Assembly: GCF_009914755.1 (NCBI RefSeq)
Contig: NC_060937.1
From: the human T2T-CHM13v2.0 reference genome, Homo sapiens
Length of the DNA stretch: 64,000 nt
Direction: 5' to 3' (one strand)
Under the pieces are notes generated by a model. That model was not told the origin of the DNA. It did no database searches and saw only the letters and a program-made list of their open reading frames with translations. Shown here one piece after another: positions 14,178 to 30,040 of the stretch (positions are counted from its first letter, which is position 1; the number at the start of each line of letters is the position of its first letter). The position numbers were made by a program, and so were the translations under genes.

Positions 14178-14935
14178 ACATTTTTAAACTTTTTATTTTG
14201 AAGCAATTTTACACTTACAAAAATGTTATAAAAATAATACTTGTAATGTTCCTATACCTCTCCTTTACTGTTAACATCATATAATTAAAGTATAGTTATC
14301 CAAACCAGGAAGTTAATGTTGATGCAATATCACTAAGTAGTCTACAGGTTGTATTTGAATTACGCCAATTGCCCCACTAGTGTATTTTTCATGGTTCTAG
14401 GTTCAACCTAGGATCTCACATTGCATTTAGCCCCAAATCTGGTGACTTTTGTGACTCTTCTTATTTGTGTCTCATGAACCTTTCAGTTCTGAAGACTACT
14501 GGTTAGTTATTTCATTTGATTTGATTAGAATTGAAGTTATGCATTTTTGACAACAATGTAACAGTAGTGATGTTGGACCCTTCCCAGTGTGTCATATTTA
14601 AAGGTACAAGGTTTTGGTGTGTCTTATTACTGGTGATGTTAACTTTAATCATTTGGTTTAGGTGGCATCTGCCAGGTTTCTCCACTGTGAAGTTACAATT
14701 TTCTCCTTTAAATTAATAAGCACCTTGTGGGAAGATAATTTGAGACTCTACAAATATCCTGTTCATCATGATACATTTACCATCTAATTTTAGCATCCAA
14801 GGATGATTCTTACCTATAACAATGATTACTGTGGTATTTGACAAATGATGATTTTTCTGTTTTCATTGTCCTGTTTTTATTAATTGAAATACTCCTGTAA
14901 AGAAGACTTTCTCTCCCATTTATTTATTTATATGG
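14178..14935 (-). mobile_element. L1MC4/5-like 3' UTR
   Basis: actttttattttgaag...ggatctcacattgcatttag...ggtttctccactgtgaagttac. Confidence 0.7.
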
Positions 14936-15021
14936 ATTTGCTTTTATCTCCAACCAAACTCTCCCCTCAATTCAAATTAATACCTCCCCTAGGCCGTGTC
15001 ACCTTTTCTTTCCTGGGGGCC

Positions 15022-15389
15022 TGTATTAGTCCTTTCTCACACTGCTATGAAGAAATACCAAAGACTGGGTAATTTATAAAGAAAAGAGATTTAGTTGACT
15101 CACAGTTCTGCATAGCTGGGAAGGCCTCAGGAGACTTACAATCATGGCGGAAGGCACCTCTTCACAGGGCGGCAGGAGAGAGAATGAGTGAGTGCCAGAA
15201 GGGGAAATGCCAGATGCTTATAAAACAATCAGATCTCATGAGAACTTACTCACTATCATGAGAACAGAATGGGGGAAACTGCCCCCATGATTAAATTACC
15301 TCCCACCAGGGCCCTCCCACAATACGTGGGGATTATGGGAATTACAATTCAAGAAGAGATTTGGGTGGGGACACAGCCAAATCATATCA
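15022..15389 (-). mobile_element. THE1 (THE1C-like) solo LTR
   Basis: tgtattagtc...gatttgggtggggacacagccaaatcatatca; perfect TSD GGGCC. Confidence 0.95.
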
Positions 15390-15759
15390 GGGCCCCAGAG
15401 TTGATCATGAACATGAAGTTACTGGCCTTCCACGTGTTTGTTTTTCTCCCATCTTCTTTTGTCTTGGGTAGTGTCTTCACTGATTGACCCATTACTTTGG
15501 GTTTCCAGGCTAATTCACTTAACCTGATGTTTAATTTTTATCTTTCATTAACCCACTTATTCTGGTTTTCAGTACTTCATTCATGACTGTCCATAGCCCT
15601 TACATAAGCTGACTACCAGTAAATTCCTCCTACTTTTACGTTCTATGTAAGTCAACAAAGTCAAGAGAGTGGTGCTATTACTCTCAATGGAGAGCATTTT
15701 GTCTGCCAGCTTCTATTTCTTCCTCTTTTAGTAATGATTTCTATTAGGGGGTGACCTCT

Positions 15760-16162
15760 TGGTATTGTGTGTGGTCTTGGTTGGGTTATATGTAAATGTC
15801 ACTTGCCTTTCCCAGGCAGGAATGAGCATCACCATTCAACTGAGGCTGCCCACACTCTGTACTGGTATTCTGAACTCTGAGTGGGTTGAGGCAAAGAGAG
15901 AGAAACTAAATAGAACAAAAGCAGTGGGGGCGTGGGAAGCATATTCATGCCCCTAATAGAGCCCTAAAGATGCTGTTGCCTAATTCATGCTAACAAGCTA
16001 TCTGAAGTTTTTTTGGCTTGTTAATTTCAGAGCCTAATTCTCCATCCTTCCTTTTGAACTGTTGAGTATTCTGAAATTTTCCCAATAAATATATTTTGTA
16101 TACTTCAGCCAGAGTTATTTTTCTGCAGCTTGGGGAAAAACAACAACAAAACACTGATATAC
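15760..16162 (+). mobile_element. old ERVL-class LTR (LTR33-like)
   Basis: 3' end aataaat...cagccagagttatttttctgcagcttg...ctgatata. Confidence 0.4.
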
Positions 16163-17689
16163 TCTTGTAAGAGAAGTATAGGAGATATTACTGTTTTCTT
16201 GAAGCGAAAGAATTCAAGAAAGAATTGCCACACCTTCTGTTGATGAGAACTGGATTAGCAGCAAGTCAGAAGGAGGCTGACCTTCCTCACAGGCATTAGC
16301 TGATTGCTGGGGGCCATGGGCATTTACACTGTTATATATAGCTGACTTAGAAAGACAATCAGTATATATGCCTCAGTTACACAAAAATCCATGTGTCCCT
16401 CTCCTGGATTTGCTTCTATACTTTTGCGTTCTAGTTTCCCTCATTCTGCTGCCTCATGCCTGCTGAGTGTGGCTTGTCTTTGCCCCTCCTATCCTTCAGA
16501 GTCTGGGCAAAGGCAGGTTTCAGCTGGCTTTCTCTCCCCAGTTACTCACCTGGGAATGCCACAGCGCTTTCAACTTACCTCTACACCTCAAGTTGTAACC
16601 CTAAGCTCTCTACTGAGAGTGGAATAGAAAATACAAGCTGCTATCCTCGTATTCTCTCCTGTCTTTACCTGGGAGAATGAATGAGAAAATTCTTAACAAA
16701 TTTTGCAGTGACAGAAGAAAACTGTGATCCCTTTGCTAAACTTGCCTCTGCCCCCTGAGAAGGAGCCCCTAGGTTGCAAATTAGGCCTCCCTTCTCTCTT
16801 TGTATACTATGTCCCTTACTCTCAGGGCAAATGTACAATTCCTTATAACAAACTACTTCTTCTTCACACTTGACAAGGGAGTGGTAGCATCAGCTTGTGA
16901 TAAAGACAGTGTGTAAAACGTTTTAATATCTCAAGATTATGAGATTCGAGAGTAAAAGACAGACTTTACACAAGCCTATGTGTTTGGAACTATGCAAATC
17001 TCTGTAGTTTGCATAAACCACAAGCAAGGATGTTAAAATGCATGAAATAGTTTTATGACTCAATATTGAAAAAACATGTTATGCTCACATCATTTCCAAA
17101 ATATTGTCTGAAGGCCAAGGGAGCAAATCATGTCAAGACTGGGTCAAAGTAAAGAAATAATTACTGTAATATTTGTGTTCTCAAATGTCATAATGTTTTA
17201 TTTTGGAAAACTCTGATAGCTGACATCGAGGAAGGGACACAAAGGGGCCATGTTCGTTTGTACATTTCCTTTTAGAAGTGAGGTGCTTCCTCTCCCTCTC
17301 AAAAGGATGTGTCTGGTCAGTCACCCAGGCATTTCTGGAGTGGACATGGCCAGGATCGTTCAGAAGTGGGGCAGAGAAGATGGTGACTATCCTACTAAAT
17401 ATCTTACTCAACGAATGTCTAACTTTGATTTGAAGAGTTGTATCACCAATTTTCTCCTTAAACAGGAAGTGCTCTGGAGCCCCAAGGAGTCCTCTTAAAG
17501 TGATGAGGTCCAAAAAGACTCTCAAAAGTGACTGAAGTCCTGCTGTGTGTGCCATGGCAGATTCATGTGGAGAGAATTGCTCTCCAAATGGGGACAAGAA
17601 CTTTGTCCCTTGAGATGTTTTCCTCTCTGTGTCCACAGACTGAGTGCCTCCTCCTCCCATGTGTTGTCCTGGAGGCTTGTTTCTCTGCT

Positions 17690-17835
17690 ATTAGCCCCCT
17701 TCATACTGTGTTATAATTGGTTGCTTATGCATTTTTCTTCCCTGCTAGACTTAAACAGAGTCTGTGGCATTTTCAAGGTTCATCCTAAGTACCTAGCAAA
17801 GACTGGCCCCATACAAGATGATTAAGCAATATTTT
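17690..17835 (+). mobile_element. L2 3' fragment
   Basis: ttccctgctagact...tacctagcaaagactggccccata. Confidence 0.55.
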
Positions 17836-18869
17836 AACAACTCTTTCTGATCTCTGACCTTATGATTTCCTTGCTTCTTTGTACTATCTCTTATTGTTAT
17901 TTTTCTTTTCCTGTGTACAGATTCTTAGAAAATCTGTGTCCATTGTAAAAATGTAAACTTTAAAGTTTCAGTTAGAATGGATAACTTTAAAAGAAATTTT
18001 AAAACAGAACTCTTCCTGTGGTGTTTTTGTTTTAGATTATGTAAAAAAAAAATGAAAAATGACTGCTGTTGAGTTAAAGTTCATATCCACTGTGAGAAGA
18101 AAAATTCAATGCTTATTTCTAGAAATGTTACAGATTATTCATCTCATATGAATATGAAGGACAAATCAGCACAGATAAAAACTAACAGCACAGGAAGAAA
18201 CTTGCCCTGTCTGCGCTCTCTGGGTATTTATAGCACATTTGCCCCTCCTTGCCCCGGAAATTTTCCATAGGGTATTACCACAGCACTCAGTGAATTGCAA
18301 GTTGCTAATCACCCAACTGGAATGGAGAAATATCTTTTCTGCATATTCAGGAGAGATAAGACCAACATTCTTCATAATAATAAACTTTCATTAGAAACTA
18401 AGAGTAAATGAACAAAACAGAAATGAGCAAATTTACAGAGTAACTTCTAGAAGATGTCCTCTTTATGGTTAAACAATATTGGACCACTAGGTGCCTACAC
18501 TTCATTCCACAGGCTTCTGGGGTTTCTCTCTCATATTCCCCAGGGACATATTCTATTACTGCATACACTTATGGGACATTAGAAGTGCTGTTATTTGACT
18601 ATAAGAATCAGTGGTAGCAAAAGGACTTTCAGAATGGTGGAGGAAGGACCTCTGAAAAACTACTCATTCATAAAAACCCTGAAGACACTGGCAAAAATAC
18701 CAAAATCAACTTTTTCAGAACTCTGGAAATTAACCAAAGGTTTGCAGCAATGTGTGAAGCATTAATTCCATACAAATGACTGAGTTTCATAAGGCCAGTG
18801 AACTTTATGGTATTGTAATGTTCCCCATTCTCATTCCCCTCTCCAGAGATCTGCAGTAATCTTGAAAAC

Positions 18870-19212
18870 TGTATTAGTCCATTTTCACACTGTTGTAAAG
18901 ATACTACCTGAGACTGGGTAATTTATAAACAAAGGAGGTTTAGTTGACTCACAGTTTCATATGACTGGGGAGCTGGAGAAACAGTCATGGCAGAAGGGGA
19001 AGCAGGCACCTTCTTCACACCTCAGCAGGAGAAACAGAAGCCAAGGGGGAAGAGCCCCTTATAAAACCATCAGATCTCGTGAGAACTCACTATTATGAAA
19101 ACAGCATGGGGAAAACCGCCCCCATGATCTAACCACCTCCCACTTCTCACCTCAACACCTGGGTACAATTCAAGATGAGATTTGGGTGGGAACACAAAGC
19201 CAAACCATATAA
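18870..19212 (-). mobile_element. THE1D-like solo LTR
   Basis: tgtattagtccattttcac...caaagccaaaccatat; TSD aaaac/aaaat. Confidence 0.9.
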
Positions 19213-20298
19213 AAAATCAATATCCTTGCAATGAATGTATCTGCAAAACACAGCAGAACAGAATCAGAATAAAGGTGGCAGAAAAGTTTGCAGCTTCCCT
19301 CTCAAGCCACCCAAACTTCATTTCCAGATAATCTTTATTTGACCTGAGTCAGAATTAACTCATTCTGAACAGCTTTTTCCCTGGGAAAAACTGATTGAAA
19401 ACACTCAATGGTGATTTTTTAATATCACAGCTATCTGTGGCAGGGACAATATTTGAGGCAAACAAGAGGCAGACTAAAAAAACTGTACAAACAAAAGCCG
19501 AAGATAAGATGCCCATGAGGGCTTTGAAATACTCTGATACAATCCTGGGAAACCACAAGGTGATGCACATGCCTACCCTAAAAAGTCACTCTCTCTCACC
19601 TCTGGCTGACCTTGAAGCAGAAATTAAAGGCTTAGGCAGTGTTGCAAACTGCCCAAGTATTGAATATGTGCTCTAACACACTTACACAAAGCCCACAGCA
19701 AGGTTGACAGACTTACTGGATCAAGGCATTTAATAAAATCTCTATTTCAGCAGCCACACGTATCAAAAAACTGAAATTTTACAGAATTAGTTTGGGAAAG
19801 TCACTAAACAAAAAAGCAGCAATAACAATAACAACAAACAACAATAATAACAAACCCTGGGGAAGAGATGAAATCTGATTTCTAGAGTTTCCATATCATA
19901 TTAATTAAATGTCCAGTTTTCAACAGAAAATTATGAGACTTGCAAAGAAATAGGAAGTATGGCCCATACACAGGTTAAAAAGCGATCACTAGAAGCAATC
20001 ACTGAAGAAGTCTAGATGTTTCATCTACTAAACAAATATTTTAAATCAGCTATTATTAATATGTTCAAAGAATAAAACCAAATGATATCTATGGAAATAG
20101 GGGAAAATATGAGCATAATGTCTCACCAAATAGAGAATACCAATAGATACAAGCTATAAAAAAGAAACAAAGAATTCTGGTGTTGAAAATTATAAGTTAC
20201 TGAAGAAGTTTAATAGCAAGATTGAGCTGGTGGTAAAAGGAATCTGTGAATTTGAAGATAGGTCAATTGAAATTATCCAACGTAAAGAATAGAAATAA

Positions 20299-23227
<2,929 letters not shown>

Positions 23228-24321
23228 ATGAACAAAACCTCAGAGACCTGTGAAAATCATCAAACCAAAATGCACATAATGTGAGCCCCAGAAGAGAAGA
23301 GAGAGAAAGCAGCAGAAAGAATATTTGGGAAAATAATGCCCAAATATTTACCAAAGTTTATGAAAAACAATCTACACAGGCAAAAAAAGCTAAATTATTC
23401 CATTTCTGATTCTTCTGCAAAAGAGACATAGAAGTGGCCAATAAGCACATGCAAAAATGTTCAACATCATTATTCTTTAGGGAAATGCAAATCAAAACCA
23501 CAATGAGAAACTACTTCATACCCACTGGGATGGCTAAACTAAAAGGCAGTAATACGTTGGGAAAGACATGGAAAAATTGAAGCCCTCATACACTGCTGGT
23601 AGGATTGTAAAATGGTACAGGTATTTTGGCAAACATAAACATTTTGGCAGTTTCTAAAAATAGTAAGCATTGAGTTAGCAAACGATTCAGTATTCTTCTC
23701 CTAGGTTTTTTAAAAGATATATCCACATAAAAACTTGCACAATCATGTTCATAAGCAGCATTACTTCTAATAGCCAAAAAGTAGAAACAATCCATTTATC
23801 CAACAACTGACATATGGATTAATAAAATGTGACATATTCATATAATCAGATACTATTATATGATAGTATATAAAGAAAGTACTAATACCTGATACAACAT
23901 GTAGGAACCTTGAAAGTAGTATGCTAAGTGAAAGAAGCCAGTCATAAAGGACCATATATTGCATGGTTTCATTCATATAAAATGCCTAGTTTAGGCAAAC
24001 CTATTGACATGGAAAGTAGATTCGTTTTGCTGAGGGATGGGGGTTGAAGAAAAATGGGGAGTGACTGCTAATTGTTACAGGGATTCTTCTGGGGATAATA
24101 AAAATGTTCTAAAGTTGATTTTGGTGACTGTTGCACAACTCTGTGAGTGTGCTTAAAACCATTGACATACACTCTAAATGAGTCCATTTTATAGTATATG
24201 AATTACATCTCATTAAAGCTGTTTCTAAAAGAAAGGATTGGCTGTGGACTGGGGTTCTTATATAGGGGAAAAGAAGAGTAAATAAAGAAACTTCCGTTTC
24301 AAGGTCTATTTGTATCTGTCT

Positions 24322-24436
24322 AGTTCTTTTCTCCTTCCCTTTCTCCTTGTTTGCCTCTTCCCTTTTCCTTTCTCTTCTTCCTCCTCCTCTTCCTGTTCTT
24401 TCTTCCTCTCCTCCTCCCTCTCCTCTTCTTTTCCTA
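24322..24436. repeat. CT-rich low-complexity polypyrimidine tract
   Basis: nearly pure C/T. Confidence 0.8.
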
Positions 24437-24849
24437 CATATTTCAAACCCAAAATAATACAGTAAATGAACTTGTATAGAACTCCATCTAAAACTTTCTC
24501 TAGTTAACCAAACTAATTCCTACTTCTTTTAATATTAATTTATGAGCTCCCACTTCTTATGTGTTCTATAAGCAGCCGGTAAATAAAATCATTCTTAGCA
24601 CTTATATATAATATTGTCATATATTATTGAAATAATTTATTTAGTATTTTATCATTCTTGATAGAGTTTAACCCCCACCCCTCTCCAAGGGCTGGAATAT
24701 ATGATTATATTCCTGACATTTAGTAGGTATTGAACAAATGTCCATTGATTGGCACCAGAATCTTAGAACCTTAGTTACTCACTTAGTGGATTTCCATTTT
24801 ACCTCCAGTTATGGTCTAGATTATAAAAGTTTAACATTAAAAATTTACT

Positions 24850-25155
24850 AGCCAGGCGCAGTGGCTCATGCCTGTAACCCCAGCACTTGGCGGGGGGCTG
24901 AGGTGGGGCATATCATGAGGCCAGGAGTTAGAGACCAGCCTGACCAACATGGTGAAACCCCGTCTCTGCTAAAAATACCAAAATCAGCTGGGTGTGGTGG
25001 TGCACACCTAAAATCCCAGCTACTCAGGAGCCAAGGCAGGAGAATTTCTTGAATCCGGGAGGCAGAGGTTGCAGTGAGCCAAGATCGCACCACTGCACTC
25101 CAACCTGGGCGACAGAGTGAGACTACGTCTCAAAACAAAACAACAACAACAAAAA
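24850..25155 (+). mobile_element. AluS (Sg-like) with (CAA)n tail
   Basis: dimeric Alu with tcatgagg 2-bp deletion. Confidence 0.92.
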
Positions 25156-25477
25156 GTAGCAGAACTAAGGACTTCATAAAATCTCTATTAGACAGGCTCT
25201 GACTGCTTGGAGAAGGAACTGTGCCCTATTTCCTTGTTTTCTCCACAAGATCTGTAACATGTGCTCCTTCAACCTTTGTTTGTTAATTTTTCCAAAGCTA
25301 ATAAGAAGCATATCAAAGACTCTGGAATAATGGTAAACCCACTGGCACGATCTTAGTTTTGTTTGAATGTAGATGATTCACTTATAATAGAATTTCTTTT
25401 TATAGGAAGACAAATTTACATCATGTTGATCAAGTTTTTGTAATCATGTCTGTAGAGATCATATCTTTTGAACTTTC

Positions 25478-25670
25478 TGTGTTCAAATACCAGCTCTAGC
25501 AGTGGGACCTTCGGCAAAGCAATCGCTTCATTCCTCAGTTTCTCCATGTGTATAGAGGGGGATGATATTATTATCAACCTCATCAGATTATTGAAAGTCC
25601 TAATGAACTAATACACATTGATGTGTCTGGCACATAGTAGGTGGCCAATAGTTGTTTGCTATCATCATTG
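25478..25670 (+). mobile_element. MIR
   Basis: cctcagtttctccatgtgta...tggcacatagtagg. Confidence 0.75.
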
Positions 25671-25729
25671 CAGTCAAGCAGTACTCTGTGTAAATACTGA
25701 GACTAGAACTTCCTATGGAGAAATGTTAA

Positions 25730-25930
25730 ATAATGTGGATGAGGAGCTTGTACCACATTGTGATCACAGAGCTCTACACACTTTATCTCATTTGATTGTT
25801 CCAGTAACTCTTAGGAGGTAGAATAGGCAGGAATTATTTATTAGTATACTCACTTTATAGATTTGGAAACCGACCTTAGTTAACTGACCCCATAGCTCTT
25901 CAGGAACTAGGCAATTGGTTTATTTGAACT
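25730..25930 (-). mobile_element. MIR
   Basis: tatctcatttgat...cactttatagatttggaaac. Confidence 0.55.
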
Positions 25931-26154
25931 ACATCCTGAAGAAAAACGAGTGCTGATAAAAATCACCTGTTTTGTTTTTATTTGGCCGAAGTTCTTACAC
26001 TGAGTTTGAAACACTCTTGCCATGGCTTCAGGGGTGTGATATTTCAGTTTTCTATATCTTCTTTCAGTTATTTATGCTCTTATATACTCAGTCTTTTCCC
26101 CCTTCTTTTGCCAGTTATAGAAAAAGGAATAAATGAATAAAACAAAACTGTATG

Positions 26155-26350
26155 CTTCTCAGGTTCAGGAATCACTGGCTTCCAGGTATCTCTAGCCACG
26201 GTACCTTTGTTAATAAGTATCATGCAGCCCCTCTGTGCCTCAATTTCCCATCTGTAACATGGGAATAACAATAGTCACCTCTGTGGGTTTCCTAAGTGCT
26301 GAATTAATACAAAGTACCTAGAAGAGCGCCGAGCAGAGTGAGCGTTCAGA
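26155..26350 (+). mobile_element. MIR
   Basis: ctctgtgcctcaatttcccatctgtaacatgggaataacaatagt. Confidence 0.75.
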
Positions 26351-27052
26351 CAGCATTGCTGGAATCTTGAGGCCAGCACCCTCCAGAGAGGCACCTGGCT
26401 TCAGGGACTCCTTCAGGCCACCCCTCCTTTGCTCTCAGTTTCCTACCGGTGCTCTTCATGTATGTCATTGAAAATTGCAAACGACTCCTGGCTTGAAGCA
26501 AAGGGTAAAAGAAGAAAGCGATCAAAGGGAAAACAAAGCAAGGAAAAGAAACGGTGAGGTAGACATGCCTTGGTGAAGGACAGGAAGGTGAGAGGAGGCG
26601 TTGAAGGGACATAGGAATAGGAAAGTTTTGGGAAGAAACCAACTAGAATCCCTGTTGAATTTAAAACACATTTCCCTCCCTTATCCTTTTTCTTTATCAT
26701 TTTAATGGGCAACATAAGGACTTTTGGTAACACTTCTCATTTTTGCTATAAAATTATGAGTATGCATTGTGTGTACGTGAGGTCAAAATTATTCCATTTT
26801 TTAAAGGTCAATTATCTTTAGGCATAAGGAGACAAACACTAAACACATCCAGGTATATGCACTGCAACAAAGACTTGAATTCACAAGAGTAAGAAAATTA
26901 AGCCTCTGGGGAAAATTAGCACACTGAGCCACTGTTGTATCTCACTTTGCTGTATGAAACTATTTCTCATTTCTGTTATGTACCATGCCACTGTGTAGAC
27001 TCTTAAATATTTTGAATGGTTACTGGTTAATATTTAGACATCAGTGCTTCCA

Positions 27053-27174
27053 ATCCTTTCTCTTTCTTCACAGTATCCTTTCTTTTTCTTCACAGTATCT
27101 AAAACAAGCTTCTCTTTCATAGAAATCCTTTCTCTTTCTTCACAGTATCTAAAACAAGTTTCTCTTTCATAGAA
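27053..27174. repeat. tandem duplication (22-bp partial copy plus 2 x 50 bp)
   Basis: ATCCTTTCTYTTTCTTCACAGT x3; 50-bp units at 27075-27124 and 27125-27174 differ at 2 positions. Confidence 0.95.
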
Positions 27175-27287
27175 ATATGTTATGCCTATTAGTTAAGTAA
27201 AACTTTTGTGTTTCGAGGGAATGAGTAGAACAAGCTTTTTGAGCCACCACAAGATGATTTATATGTTTTATTCTAAAAAACATTCCT

Positions 27288-27595
27288 GGCTGGGTGCCGT
27301 GGCTCACGCCTGTAATCCCAGCACTTTGAGAGGCTGAGGCAGGTGGATCACCTGAGGTCAGGAGTTCGAGACCAGCCTGGCCAACATGGTGAAACTCTGT
27401 CTCTACTAAGTATACTAAAATTAGCTGGGCGTGGTGGTGGGCACCTGTAATCCCAGCTACTCAGGAGGCTGAGGCAGGAGAATTGCTTGAACCCAGGAGG
27501 AAGAGGTTGCTGAGCCAAGATCACACCACTGCACTCCAGCCTGGGCGACAGAGGGAGACTCCATCTCAAAAAATAAATAAATAAATAAATATACA
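27288..27595 (+). mobile_element. AluSx-like
   Basis: TSD TAAAAAACATTCCT at 27274-27287 and 27596-27609; (TAAA)n tail. Confidence 0.95.
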
Positions 27596-27978
27596 TAAAA
27601 AACATTCCTATGTGCTTGAACATTATTTAAATAGCGTAAAATTTCTGAACTCTAAACTAGGCTGCCACCATTGACTCTTCAGGGTCACCATCCTGTCTTT
27701 GATGTCTTCCTCAAACTAAGTAGACCTGGTGTGTTCTTACGCCTAATGAGAGGGGTAAGAATTACTGCATGAAGTAATTAGTAGGGAGACAAAGTTAATG
27801 TACAGAGATGAAATCATAATACAACATTTATCATGTAAAGTCTAGAGCCGGGACTCATTCAACCTGCCCCAGATAAGCAAATGTCTTTAGAGAAGAGAGT
27901 GAAGAATTTAAAATGTATCCATACCTTGGAACCAACGACAGGATCTGGAGTGCTTCCAGATCATTTAATTTAAAAATA

Positions 27979-28407
27979 CGACTGACCCCAAATAACACTG
28001 GTTTAAACGACCTGGGTCCACTTTTAGGCAAATCTTCTTCCACCTCTGCCACTCTTAATATAGCAGGACCAACTCCTGTTCTTCCTCTTCCTCCTTGGCC
28101 TACTCAACATGAAGATGACAAGGATGAGGAGCTTTATGATGGTCCACTTCCACTTAGTGAAGAGTAAATATATTTCCTCTTCCTTACGATTTTCTTAATA
28201 ACAGTTTCTTTTCTCTGGCTTACTTTATTGTAGGAATACAGTATAAATACATATAGCATACAAAATATGTGTTAATTGACTATGTTATTGGTAAGGCTTC
28301 AGTCAACAGTAGGCTATTAGTTAAATTTTGGTGGAGTCAAACATTATATGAGGATTTTTGTGCAGGGTTTGGCAATATTAACCCTTGTTTTGTTCAAGTG
28401 TCAACTC
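27979..28407 (+). mobile_element. Tigger2a (TcMar-Tigger)
   Basis: degenerate TIRs cgactgacccc / gtgtcaactc, TA on both flanks, gatggtccacttccactt core. Confidence 0.88.
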
Positions 28408-28909
28408 TACACATTGTCTAAAATTTTTGGCTTTAAACTGGTTGCATCTTAGCCTAATATTTTCCTTTAACTACATTAGATACATGACAAGTCACAGAAA
28501 TAATTCTTTATTCTCTTTATAATTGTAAAAATTGCGCTGTGTCTTAATGAAAAATTAAATTCATACAACTTGATACAAGTTTGTTGTATTCGTGTGTGTG
28601 ATGTATTTATAATTAAACATCACAGATAACTGTGAGCTCCGTATTTTGCTTAATAAAATGTTAAAATTCCCAAATTAACCCGAGATTGATAACAGCCATA
28701 ATTCAGTACTTGCTGTTTTCTAGTTGCTTGGACATACCTACACTGTGCACATGCTCCCAAAAAAGGTGGAAGCTTTTTTGTACCTATGGTATGATTCCCA
28801 GTGGAAACAATGCAAGAACATGTGATTTGGTAGCACATTGAATGGAAATCTTCAAAGTTTTACAGTAAGGGCCTGATTAGAGAACTCGATGCTGTTTTGT
28901 TTATTAATC

Positions 28910-29490
28910 TGAAGAAGCGAAAGAAGTGCCATCCCAAAATATGCGAGATTGGTATATTGACTATTTCGAGTTGAATACATTGAAGAAATTGTAGTTTCAG
29001 TAAGGGCTAGCTGGCCTTCTCTTCCTACATGTAGCAAGCCATAAGGATTCCCCTGGCAGGGGTACCTCCTCCTCTCCATACAAGGGTGAGGAAATAGCCT
29101 GATCACAAGAGACAGGGAATTAAGGGCTGCAATGGACCTGAATAAATGCACTTGATGAAGTAATCCTTATTTTCCACTAGTTTTACATACAACCCCACCC
29201 CCACCTATATCTTCTATTTCCCAAGAAATTTACTGCCCCAGCCTGATTTTCTTTGTCCTGTAATTTTTTTCTCAAATTCATCATTCTTTGTCTAAAAAGT
29301 ATAAAACAAATTGTTTTGGCCACTTCTTCAGCTTCAATTCTCATGTTAAGATCTCCACATTCATGGAAAACTAATAAAATGTGTTTGCTTTTTCTTGTTA
29401 ATCTGCCTCATGTCAATTTGGTTTCTAGATCCAGTTGAAGAGCCCACTGAGAGCTAAAGGGGGTTGGAGGTAATCTCTAGTTCCCTTACA
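28910..29490 (+). mobile_element. ERV1 solo LTR (MER34/MER39 family)
   Basis: TG...CA termini, gccatcccaaaatatgc start, TATAAAA and AATAAA, 4-bp TSD aatc/gatc. Confidence 0.8.
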
Positions 29491-29794
29491 GATCAGTTAC
29501 AAGTTCTAACTCTAACAGGAGAAAGTGTTTTCCCATTAAGAGAACTGGGTATATATTTAGGAATGACTTACATAAGCAAAAACTGGTTAAAGTACCATTT
29601 TCACATAAAGCATGCACTTTAATACCAGTCCAATGATTATAAATTCAAGGTTTTAGTATCTGCAGTAAAATAGTCAGTGTATCTGAATGGAAGGAGTGGG
29701 CAAGAATCGGGGAAGGAATATGTCACAGAATAGAATGCAGGCGGGACGTGTTTTCTATTTCTTCCTCTCGATTGCATCTCTTCATGCTGGTAGT

Positions 29795-30040
29795 TAAGGT
29801 TTTCCTACTTTGGCTCCAGCATCTGCAGAGGTTCCAGCTGATGGGTTCCTGCTCTGGTAAGTTGTGATCCTCTGTATTCACCTGTCAGTTTCTCCTGTTT
29901 TAGGGGTAGCAGTTTTCACTGTGACTTCACTTCTTTTATGGATCTAAGAAGACCTGTTGCTTTTTCAGTTTATTCAGCATTTTCTTTGTTGATAGGACAG
30001 TGGTGACTTCCAAGCTTCTTACCTGCTAGACTGAACACCA
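29795..30040 (-). mobile_element. isolated old L1M (L1MC-type) 5' end
   Basis: minus strand aagaagcttggaagtcaccact...gctgaataaactgaaaaagcaacaggtcttcttagatccat. Confidence 0.65.

Noticed and set aside
13792-14181. 129-aa minus-strand ORF
   Set aside because: Driven by low-complexity purine/pyrimidine tracts; no domain.
17181-17660. 159-aa minus-strand ORF
   Set aside because: No recognisable domain; overlapped by similar spurious ORFs; compatible with chance.
27053-27174. CRISPR-like repeat/spacer pattern
   Set aside because: The spacers are duplicates of each other, so this is a simple tandem duplication.
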